DNA from: Tubiluchus corallicola
Taxonomy: Eukaryota; Animalia; Priapulida
Reading direction: 5' to 3'
Assembly (NCBI GenBank): GCA_030141605.1
Contig: JAQGDQ010000306.1
Coordinates: 62,001 to 126,000, forward strand
DNA length: 64,000 nt
Shown here: positions 40,201 to 52,200 of the stretch, in pieces
How the letters are laid out: every line of letters starts with the position of its first letter
How positions within the stretch are numbered: the first letter of the stretch is position 1
Program-made: the position numbers and the translations under genes
The notes under the pieces: generated by a model
Seen by the model: only the letters and a program-made list of their open reading frames with translations
What the model was told of the DNA's origin: nothing
Database searches by the model: none

Positions 40201-43200
40201 ATCAGACGGTACAAAATCATGTTGCAGCTGCGATATCTTAATATCTTTAACAAAATCTTAATATGATGCTGTTAAACATCTTGGTCATCCTACTCTATTT
40301 TTTCAAAAGAGGCTTAAATTTTTTGCTGTGCAACTCAGTGTAGACATCTGATTTTGCATTACACTCAAACTTCTCCATGTTACCCACTTTGAGATTCAAA
40401 AAAAATTGGCGTTATGCAAGTTTGGCATTATAATGAGGTGCATTAATACTTGCATGCCTGTGCTAATATAGATATTTTGTTTTGCCAAAATTTTGGATGT
40501 TAAGAGATGTTGGCATTTGAAGCTAGAACGAGGTTTGACTATGTTATTCAAAAACGTTTATAGTATACACTATAAAATTTTAAACTCTGCCTATTTTTTG
40601 CATATAACATGTTAACTAACTTGTAACTGAAAAAAATCACAGTATTGCCTTAGCATTTGCTTTATATTTAGAAATTTAGTTTTTAAACGAATCTTTGAAT
40701 CTTGAGTGGGCAAAGCCCCACCACAAAGGCGTGGTAACAGGGTACCCAACATGTTTATCAATTTCTTTTCACACGACATATGCTCATATTTTTCATTTGT
40801 GTGATAGTGTATTAAAGTACTTATTCCTGGCATTAAAATTTATTGACTTATATATTTATGAATTCATTTATATAATTAGATCATCATTTTTAAGTTTGTT
40901 CTCTAGCGCATTTATTTCTCTTAACAACTTCTTATATTTAGTCTGTTTTAGTCTCGGATTAAAGGCTTATAATTTTATTGAGATGTGTGTGCGTGTTTTT
41001 TTTTTGTTAAGGAAGCTCTAGGAGAATGAGAAAACTACCTTTGGCGAAATGTTCAGGTCAGCAAAATTAATAATTGGTGAGAACTTTGTTCCCTCCATGG
41101 CACACGGAATAGAGATAATTGTGAACATGATCCACAATGTTTACCCATGCTAAGTTCTTCCTGTTTTATAAACTGCAACTTTTAGTCTTGTAAATGGTTA
41201 AATAAAAAAGCGACGATGACCCACTGTTTGGATAAGTGGCTTCCTTGTCCCATTCTTAGAGTAGCCCAGATATTTCAAACTGGCACAGATTTATCTCTTT
41301 ACCTGTTGTGCAAAAATCCTTGGTAAATGGGCAGTTATGTACATAGAGTTCACTGAGTGTCAAGTAAGTCATGGTTATTTTTTGCTTAGTAGGGATTCTG
41401 TGACCTTTTGTTAGTTTAGTAAGATCATGTGAGTCATGTTAATTCTTTAAAGACTATGTGCATCTTAAGTCTGTAAGAACCTCATGAACATGCCTGAGCA
41501 TACTTGGCAGTTTCTAGTGGCCTCACAGTTCTAGGTTCTAAAGGATCATATTGTTCATGACAGATCCCTTGGCAGTGGATAATTACCTGACGGTACTCTT
41601 AGTGCATGTTTACTTGTTCTAGTTGTGTAATGAATGTAATTGACATGTGTAGGGTAGAGTTTTAAAGCTGAAGTGTGGTGAAATAGTCAGTAGTCTTGCA
41701 TGCTACTGGATGAGACAAGTCCTTTGTTATTGGTGATACAAGCAAACTTTTATAAACCAATATTGATTTTTAGTCAGATTTTTGCCACTGATGATGGAGT
41801 TAAGCAAACAAATACTCCTTAATAAGTTATAGCTTTCTTGTCTTAAAGCTGAAAGATGAGTTTCTAAGCAATTATCGGCCTATGAATCCACCATAACCTG
41901 TATTTGTAATCGTTGGTTTATGCAGATCTTTTCCAGATTTGTTTTTATGCAGAATTTTTCCATTTTGTTTTACAACTTGTGCTCATTGTGTTTTTGTCAT
42001 TTAGGGTTATCTTAATTGAAAGTAATACTATTTGTTTTAGGGAAAATTTCATCAAAGAAAAAGGAAAAACAAAGACGAGTAGTTCCTCACTCACTAAGAG
42101 AGAGTAAGTCTATAATATCATTTGTGAATAAGCATTTGTTTTATACATTTCACTAGAAAGGGTATTTGTAACATTCAGGTGATGAAATTCTTTAAGCCGA
42201 ACTGGGTCTCGAACTTGGGCGGGGCAACATAGGTCGAGATGGAGTGCCGAATGAGTCTGTGACCATTAATGTTAAAGAGCAGCAATATTTGTTTAAGTTT
42301 TAAGGCAGTTACAAGCGCAGGAGGCGTCGGTCCTTCCAGTATGGGCCAATGGTGATACAGTGTGAACGGAAACAGTGATCACAACAAAGTATAAATAAGT
42401 AAACTGTTTGCCATGGGTTTAACATTTTAATTTGCATAATCAGTCAAAAACGATAAACACAAAAACTCAAAACTTACACAAGCACAGCAGGGTACCCTCC
42501 ATTTAATATCAGTCTGCTAGTGTTTTACTTAGGCGCGATCCCTGTCAAGTTCTGGAGTCCATATACTAAGCTGGCTGGAATCACTTTGCTAACAACTGGG
42601 CTCGTTGGCAACGACAACTACACCAATGTTCCACTCGGTTGACTGGCGAGACTACAGTACAATGACAGACCACCAGGATGCTTCTGACGACCGCTTCTTC
42701 TAATGAGTTAGGTACCAAGCTTTTAGAATTTGTAGAAGTCTGCTCGTGCCGTTTTGGTTGAAAACTGTACCATCATGGAAGCATACTGATCTTAGAAGAA
42801 TGTCTTTCGTTAAATACCAGACATATGGTTTGCATCTACTCAACTGACTACCCAAGATAATGACTGGTAGTGTGAACAATTTGCATAGCTAATTGCAAGT
42901 CATCAAGTTGATTGCAAAAGTATCCAAAGCAACGTCTTGTCAGCCAACGCCCCGACAAAGACAAAATCAGTAGGCCTTTTAGCTGTGTCGGCCATTTAGC
43001 AATTATATCAGTAACCTCGTGAAAAACGGGCACTTCTCAATCACACCTGTCATGACCCAGTTAATCATGCAGTCACGGCAGTACTATAGGTATGACATTG
43101 TCAAGCCTAAATTTGGTCCAAAAGTTAAACTGTAACATTTCTTTGTTGAACTCACAATAGATGGTGCCACCAGTTTATAATGTTTACCTAATTCAGTTAA

Positions 43201-46200
43201 TTAGTTAGTAATAATAGGTTCAATACAATACATTTAGATATAGCTAATAGTGCTTTCAAAAGCCTCGTAAATGTGTTATTACTGTTAAATGGCTATTCGT
43301 TTTAATCTGTGGAATAATACCGTGACAGTATTAATACTGTCAAATCTTCAGATAAAGTTTTTACTCGATTATACTTGGATATAAAAATAATCAAATAAAT
43401 AGAAACTATTAAATTTTAAATTTTAAGTGATGTAAGTAACTTACACAAAATATTTAGTTATTTAAGCACTTTTATGATTACACCAGTCATCAGAAATTGT
43501 TGCATTATTATGTAAAAATGTGGTAAAATCATTTTTTGCAGATTTACATCAAAATTCACCATTTCATCTTACTTTTGTTGTGGTATTTTCTCATGTGCTT
43601 TTTCCTCTTACTTATAGGAATATCGCCATTGTTTTATAATGGAAAAAGTTATCCAAAATATACAGTTAAAAGTTGACTGACGACGGTGAAATCTAAAAAT
43701 CACTACTTTTAGTCTATGTGCAGTCACTCTTTCCATTTGGGATCGATTATTCAGCAATTATGTTTTTTGTCATGACTTTATCATATTGAAATTAAATTTT
43801 AAATAATTAGCTTTTTCTAGTTTTTAGAATGGTTTTTCCAAGGAATTTCTGTCAGAAGCAGAATAGACTGATCTTTGTACCTTTAATTGAATTATTGCTC
43901 GAGTTATGTTCTAATGCAGCACACGAAAAATGAATTTCTCAGGATAATAAATTTGATTTGAAAGGTGGTAGCTTTGGACGCAGTGAAGATTCAATGGCAG
44001 TTCATGATACGAGTGAAATGACTAGATATGCACCTGAAATGGCAATGAGACGTCAAGCCTCAAGATCAGTGAGAAAAGGTAACACTTTACACTAGTAATA
44101 CAGAATGCTTGCCAAATCCTATATTACAGATTGCTAACTAAATCCTATCAAAATATTTGTTTATTTTACTTTGCACCAAGTTCGTATTTCCAACAAACCA
44201 AAATTTACTTAAGGTTTATTTAAGATCTTGCATTACTGAGATTATGCCCTGACACTTTTTCTTAATAGCGCCAAAAGTGTGCAAACTATTGTCCCAAGAT
44301 GCACAGAGAAGAACCCTGTGTTGGGACTGGGGAACGATGGTTTCATGTTAAGGGGTCACAGGCAGTGGGCATCAGTTACTTTTTTCAACTGAACAGCATC
44401 TCCTTCTAAGTCATTAAATTGAAAACTTTTTAACAGTTATTTAGGTATTGTTGGGTAGATGTCCACCTGGTTAGCTGAGCACCTCTGGTTTCAAAGAGCC
44501 GGTATTCCTTAAGGGCCCAAGGTCGAATACAAGTTAAGAATAGTACACAGTCAGTTTCATTACCAACAGTTGTTAATATCTAAATCTGTGACAAAACTTT
44601 CCAGTTTTGACTTGCCGTAATATTCGGTATGTGCTGCTTAATAGACTTACTTTGGGACCGAAGTGTTTTGACCCAATTAACCAACTGAACCTATTAACCT
44701 ATGGATGTAGTATTACTGGTATAAAGTATGTGTCATCAGCTTAATATGCACTGCAAAGGTTTTTAATGAATTTCAAAAACGAAGTAATGCCTAAATTCCT
44801 TTGTACAGTTAAAGTTCCCTTTTCTCAAACTGACGAGAGCAAGTTTGATGAAAAAACTGCAAAAATGGCTGTTTATGGATGTTTTTTCGTTTTATTACTA
44901 CAAATGACTGGGATTCGAAAGAACCATCAATGAGAAGACCTTTCGTTTTGATATATGGATTGCCAAGAATCGTGCAGTCATTAGAGATTTAGTCCCTAAA
45001 ACCAGGAATAAAATTTCTAACTGGTTGGGAAAATTTTGATGCCTCTAAATGTCTCCATTTCCTGATCTGCTAGCTTTGTTAAAATGCATATTTTGCCATT
45101 GTTAGTCTTGCTGGTCCTACAAAAAGCTTAATTATTTTATTTTTTTAGCATTTAATCTCTTCGTTAATATAATTTATTTGAACATCTACATTTTTGCAAC
45201 AATTTTTCTTTGATAGATAGAAAAATTTGCTTAACTTTATTTGGAATTTGCTTTTCGTAGAGGTGGTTACATTAAGTGTGATACTTATGGCTCAGGTAAG
45301 TCAATTAAGTTTTGTTGCATGCAGTTTTCCTCGTTTAACTCTCACCAACACTTAATCATCATTATACAACAGTGTTTTTACAAATTATGTATTAACAATA
45401 TTCAAAAGTTTAGCTATGGGCTTTAAAACATTAACACCTTCTATCAACCAATTTCTACGGTTTATTAAAAATTGCAGGAGCATCATAGTCATCCACTTTT
45501 TGCCATCTAAAAAAGCTTGAGTGTGCCCAAATTTTGTCAGCTAATTTTTGAGACCAAGCAATTATTTTTATTTGCTTAATGATGCACGCACCACTAATTG
45601 CCAGCAAAAATTTCATTTAGTAAAAAAGTTTGTAAAAAGTCTGCAGCAGTTTATGACAATTTTAGTCGGCATTTGTCTTAAAAAAATAGTAATTTTTTGT
45701 ATAGTTACCTTTATAACAAAAAGGCAAGGCATTTCTTAATACTCGTAGCAAATTTGTAGCTTTTGTATAAACATCAGGTACTGAAAACTTAGCTAAGCTT
45801 ACTGAGTTTGGTAAGATAGCCCAGTTTATAATAGGCATGAATAACTGATTATGTGCTAAGGGTAGGCAATTATTCATTAAGGTGGTGATTATCATGATCG
45901 TGACTACATCACTGATTCAGGAGAAGGCACTGTGCATATAGTGGAAGTAGACGCCCAAGGAAAAGATGGTGAGGAAGAACCAATGGCTGAAAGCTTAGAG
46001 GGGATTAAGTTTCCACTTTGTTCAACCAGTACTAGTGATTATAGAGTGATAAATCTAACACCTGTGTTGCCACAACTCCTTGCTTTGCAAAAGAATGTAA
46101 GTTAAACTATTTATGCTCTCATGAATTTGCTACATAAAAGAGATGAGCTTCCTGTATCTTTCTGTGTTTTACTAAGGCAGTTCATTTTGGTAAATGTGAC

Positions 46201-49200
46201 CTCATTTTCAGCTACAATGATTAATTTAATTTTGCCTGAATTTCTCTTCGTTGACATATTTCATGTTTTTGTAGTCAAAAGTACAACCATCAGCATAATT
46301 AGTCCATTCTGTCCCATTTCCTGACTGTAGCAGCTCTTGCATTTATGTAATGTTATTTCTGTAATTAAGTCAGGGTTTTAATTTAGCTTTACAAATCCCA
46401 GCCTCTATTAAGTAAAAGAAAATTGTATTATGCAATGTCTAAAATCCTGAAACTTTATTCTTAGATGGTAAATTGCACTTTAATCAGTGAACCTTAAACA
46501 GTTAGTTATTTCTGACTTTCTTAATTTTTATTCTAAACATCAAGTAAGTTTTCAGCAAAATGTCTGCGAACAAAAAATCTTTTACTCTTCTCGTATCGTA
46601 GCTGAACTTCGACATTCAGTGAGTATCTCCTTTATCTCATTTTCTATTTATACCTAAATTTAAAAATCCTGAAGTATTGTTCAATGTCTAAAATCCAAAT
46701 CCTGAAACTTTATTCTTAGATGGTAAATTGCACTTTAATCAGTGAACCTTAAACAGTTAGTTATTTCTGACTGTCTTAATTTTTTATTCTAAAAATCAAG
46801 TAAGTTTTCAGCAAAATGTCTGCGAACAAAAAATCTTTTACTCTTCTCATATCGTAGCTGAACTTCGACGTTCAGTGAGTATCTCCTGTATCTCATTTTC
46901 TATTTATACCGCTATTTATACAGAGAATCATTGTAAGTTAAAGTTATGATTTGCTTATGAAAAATCAAAATTTTGTGATCTGGTGTTTCTTGTTTTTAAC
47001 AGTGTTAAAATATTGTTAGTGTACATTTGAGCAATGCCTTTCCTCCTTTCTGACAAAATGACTCACAGAGGATCTGATAATCTTGAAAGCTGATGAGCCT
47101 ATCCAGCAATATTACTAGTCAATGTTAATCTCTACCTTCTTGTCAAATGTCTTTGCTCACTACGTGGTTGATATGTTAAGTTTTGTGTTCTACATTTCTG
47201 TACATTTTAAGTTTATTTTTAAGTTGACTTTGTTAGCTGCATACAGTATTATTCAGGTAAGTATTGTACCTTTTCGTTTTTTACATCAAGATGTCATCAT
47301 TCACTTCAATAGCATACCAGCTTCTGTTCAAATTCTTGAAGCTTATCTTATGTAGTGCTCATTCTACAGTGCCTGATGTATCTGTCTACTGCCATTTCTT
47401 CATCTGTGTGCATTGTATGATGACTTTTATTATGGAGTTTTTAAGATTTTGGAGATCTGTGCAAATTCAAATATGTATGTGATCTTTGTGTGAGAATCCA
47501 CAAAGTTGTTTCCACTAATATAGTCGTAATGTGCTATTTTTACATGCTATTCAGTTGGGCTTTCAGCTTTTTGATGGTGCGGCTTCTTAACTGCAGTTTC
47601 TGAGATGTTCGCTTTTGGAAGACTCGAGTTTTACTTTCTAATGCTTCCACCAATTTTATTGTCAAACTGACATGGGTATTGCAGGATGGTAGTTGGGAAT
47701 TCTCTCAGAAACTAGACCAATTGATACAAATCAACAGTGAGCTGTGCATTTCTCAGATGAAAGAAGCTGGTGCATTCTCTTTGGGTAAGCGTGTGTCACA
47801 TTTGTGCCACTGTCATTGTACCCTTGACATTGTTTGTTTCATTTGTCAAAAAACAGACAACATCATTTCAAAAACTGTTTTTTTAGTTAGTTGCTTGTCT
47901 TTAGCTTTTTCTCCAATTTATTTCATTGTTCATCTATGTTATTGTGACATGTTTTGAAAGAGCCCTTATTCTTTTGTTTAGGTTCAGTGATAACCAGTGC
48001 CTTGCTAAATATGCTGTGTACAATGATAGTAATAACCAGAATAGCTAATTACATACCTGTCATGTGGAGCATTGGTACGATGAATGGAACTTTGTCTGCA
48101 ACTGCTTTCAAGGAGTTTATGTCCATAGTGAGAAATGAGTTATACAGTGATATCCGAAGTTTTTACTTGAAACAGGGTGTGGATAGTCAAGTAAGTAGGA
48201 AAACAATAGAGGACTAACAAAAAAGACCACTTTTACCCACTTTTACTATCAATGTTAATAACTTTCGAACACACACCTTTGATCTACGACTATTGTACCA
48301 GTTGTTCAGGGTAACAATCACACATTTTTTTAATTTTCTATACACTTCGGCTCTCGCTAACCCAGTGTATCCAGCATTTAACAGCAGGGCTTGCTTATTA
48401 TCGTATACATTAATTTTGGTGGTATATATATATATATATATGTACAGTAGGCGCCGCTTAATAAACTCACTTTGGGACCGACATGTTTTGACCCAGTTGA
48501 CATCAAACATATTGGTCTATTGCTCCGCCCGCGCTATAACATAAGCACGCTCAGCAGCATTCTGGACAACAACTGTCTAAGCTAAGCTAAACTAAACTAA
48601 ACAACATGACTGTCACATCTAATGTCTAATCAGCAGATAAACTGATTGCGTTTTTTCATAAACACAAATTTGCAAAGCAGCAGCTATTTTTACACGAAAT
48701 TAACACTTCAAGTAACCAAAGAATGACTTTTTAATTTAAACAGAATGTAGAGACGAAGTTTCAAAGCACTACAAAATACAGCAACATAAGTATAATAAAG
48801 AAGCTAAGCCAGTTAGCCTTGCTTTACAATGAATGAGCCACAGAAATATTAAGTCTCTCTTGCCTTTAAACATACGAACATCAAGTCTGCGATGTATTTT
48901 TCTATATTAACTGATTGTGTGCTCGTCTGCAAGATTTATTCAGTTTTTGTATTTTTCCGTTTGTCAGGCTACGGAAATGGAACAAATTTGACTGTTCCAT
49001 TCCATAGACAACCCTTATATTGAATGCCCGAGCTACATAAGTCCCAATGGCATCTTTTAACCATGATTATAACCAGAAAAATAGCGTAAAATTAGCTAGT
49101 ATTACATTGATGTATAATATAAGTTTTGACCGCATTTGAATTAATTTTGACAGTGAAAATCTCATTGAGGTTTATAAAAACTGGCCAGAAAAGAAAACAT

Positions 49201-52200
49201 TTTGTTTTGTCCTTATTTAAAGTTAATCAAATAGCTGTTTTTATCTAACTTGCGAAGCCATAAGCTAAACTAAACTGCGTATTTTCTTGATTGCGAAATG
49301 GTGTAATCAGCAACTCATAGACGTAAGCATTGTGCATTTCTTCCTACAAAGGAAACTAGACTATATATTTCCACTAATTCATTTGCAATTTCAATTGACA
49401 ATAATAAAATCTAGAACCAAGCCAATATTTGTCCTAACTAATGAAAAGTTGAGCATTTTTCATAACAGCATTAGATGCAGCTGTAGCTAAATGTCCTGAA
49501 CGTACCTGCATTAATTAAGCTCTGCAAGGGTGCGAAATAACCTGCACGCTGATTGGGCAGTCAACGAAAATGATTGACATTATGTTAGACGTCAATTAAC
49601 TGACTGAACCTATTAACCGATTTGTGCAGTATTACTGCTATAGAAGTATGAGTCATCAGTTTACTATGCACTGCAAAGGCTATTAATCAACTTTAGAAAT
49701 GAAATAATGCCTAAATTCCCTTGTGCAGTTAAAAATTAGAAAAAAATATTTTATAATATTAATTTATATAAGTGAATTAACAATAAATTAAAAAGTATAT
49801 TTTTCTAAATCACACAAGTCTGTTTATTTGCAAAAATTACAAAAATTCCTTCAAAGTTGGCTACTTCATTTTCTCATGAGTAATGGCTTGATCTCAATAT
49901 CGAATAAGTGATGTGGTGTTTGCAGGCAAAAACACAACTTTGTTTCAATGATGCATTGACTACATGGGCAGTACAGCTGTCTACCAGTAAAATGATATTT
50001 CTCTTTAAGCTCACATCCCATTTCACTAACCATTCATTAAACAATACAGCCGTCATCCAAGCATTCGAGTTTGCACAGTAATCTACCGGTAATGTTGCAA
50101 CACCTTTAAATCACCTGGGATTCTTGCTTACCAATCACCAGCAGTTTTACCTTTTTTCCTGACATGCTTGCACAACATAGCACTGTCACACGTTCTTTTG
50201 AAATCTTTCACCTCTTTGCTTTTTCGTTCCCAAATAAGTGTGCTCAGGCAAAGCTCTAAAATAAAGTTTCATCCGCATTATAAATGTTGTCGGGTGAATA
50301 CCCTGCAATAATTTTTGGCCACACTTCTTCTACCCAATTTTCAGCAGCTGGAAACATCAGCATCCTTTTACTCACCACGTGTACGTTTGTATACGATGTT
50401 TTCATGCTTTCTCCGTCGCTGAAACCATCCATCTGTTGCAACAAAATCTTCCTTTCCCATTTTCTTTGCCAAATCTTGTGCTTTTTGTCACATTAAAGGA
50501 GCATTCACTCGAGCATCTTTTTCTTTTGCGTTTGTAAACCACACTTTTAACACTGACTCCACTTCACAGTCTTTTCCTGTGCGTCTCCTCTTAGATGCTA
50601 GCTAGATCCTCATTTTGGCTTGGCGACTGCTCAATTGTTTTTTCAATATTCTGCCGAGATTTTTTTTGGAAATTTTTAACTGCACTGCAGCACACCTCTG
50701 CAAGTTTATTGGAGGTTCTTTGGAAGTTTATTGCACTGCTCTGAAATTTTCAGTTTTTCCTTAACTGTTAGGTCTTTATGCTTATGCTCCATTTTTCAAA
50801 CTTCTTAACTCTATGCCCTTATTTGCTGTAAGCCACAACGAATACTGGCTGATTACTGTACCTGCATCTTTGACTTTTAACTCATTAAGCCTGAAAGCAT
50901 GATTTGCAACTAGAGCACAAAAGGAAACTGCTAGGCAGGTGATTAAATGTTTAGCTTCCAGAAATTCTTTGGGTAACGAGGTTAATTGCAGTGGGCGAGC
51001 AAGTAACAGATTCAAAGCAAAATCGCTATGCTAGCGTATGATTTACAATCAAAACGGTAGTTAACATGATTGTTTCTACATATATAATGCACAAAAGGGA
51101 TATATATATAATGCACAAAAGGGAAGTAAAGATGACATAAAAGTAGGAAAGACTGTTTGGGCACCTACAAATGTCTTATTTTAAGTATGTGAAGGAAAAA
51201 TATTGAGTCAATTACCAATAGTTTTTATGTATATTTGAATAGAAGCGGCCCGTTCCAGGCGTTTTTGAGTCCATTAAGCGATTGAATCTATTAACCGTGA
51301 GTCTATTAAGTGGTGACTATGGTATATATATATATATATTTGTGTGTGTGTGTGTGTGTGTGTGTGTGGATATATAACCAACGAGGCTACTACCCCGACG
51401 ACGGCACCATTCTCGACAATTCTGGCTATTTTTTGCAAAACTTATACCTCTTATTTCTAGAGATCCGGAATGGGCCACGGGTGGTGCTGGTAATGATTGA
51501 ATAGCCCATTCAATGGTGGGTGTAATAGTCATATTTAGATTTCACGGGAGGGCCACGGCATCCAGTGATGGGCATTTTCCCCCGGGCCCCAACCAAACAA
51601 ATTTTGCAAAAAACTGCTCAACCACCCTCTAGAAAAACTCAATTTGTGCAACTGTTTTGGCATGTTGGGAACAAATAAGCACACTCGCAGAAAGAGAACG
51701 AAACGGTCTACAAAATGTTGGAGGTTTTGTTGCGAGAGTGGTCCACTAGACGCAACGGGAAGCTGCACGCTATTTGGAACATCCATTGTCTTTGCGTTTG
51801 AGAAATTTTGCGGCTGCTCCAGGCATTGTTATCACCTGCCGTTCTACTGTGTTATAGATTTGACATTTAATTAAGTTGTGTTAGCCTATTATCATGTGAG
51901 AGTAGGAAAACAAAACTATGTAGAATATCCGTGCATTATTGATCATTGGTATTATAGCATTTATAGCACTAAGAGCATTTATTATAACACACAGTTTCGA
52001 CTTTGTGCAAAATGTTCTGAATGGTTTCACTGTGCTACTGTATTGTTGGTGCAGGTGTTGTAGGTGTCATGACCATTGGCGCCATCAGCATCATGATCAC
52101 CGTGTGATGTGGTGGGTGTTGTGTGGTGTGGTAGTGGTAGTGGTGGTATGCTGTGGGCGTTGTGCTGTCGATGGTCTGGTGTGATGTGCTGTGGATGGTG

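Noticed and set aside
45261-45295. 35-nt micro-exon with good splice sites (ttttcgtag / gtaagt)
   Set aside because: It needs a phase-2 upstream partner that I could not identify, since the exon ending 44078 is phase 1. It may be real if another exon lies near 44269, but this is unresolved.
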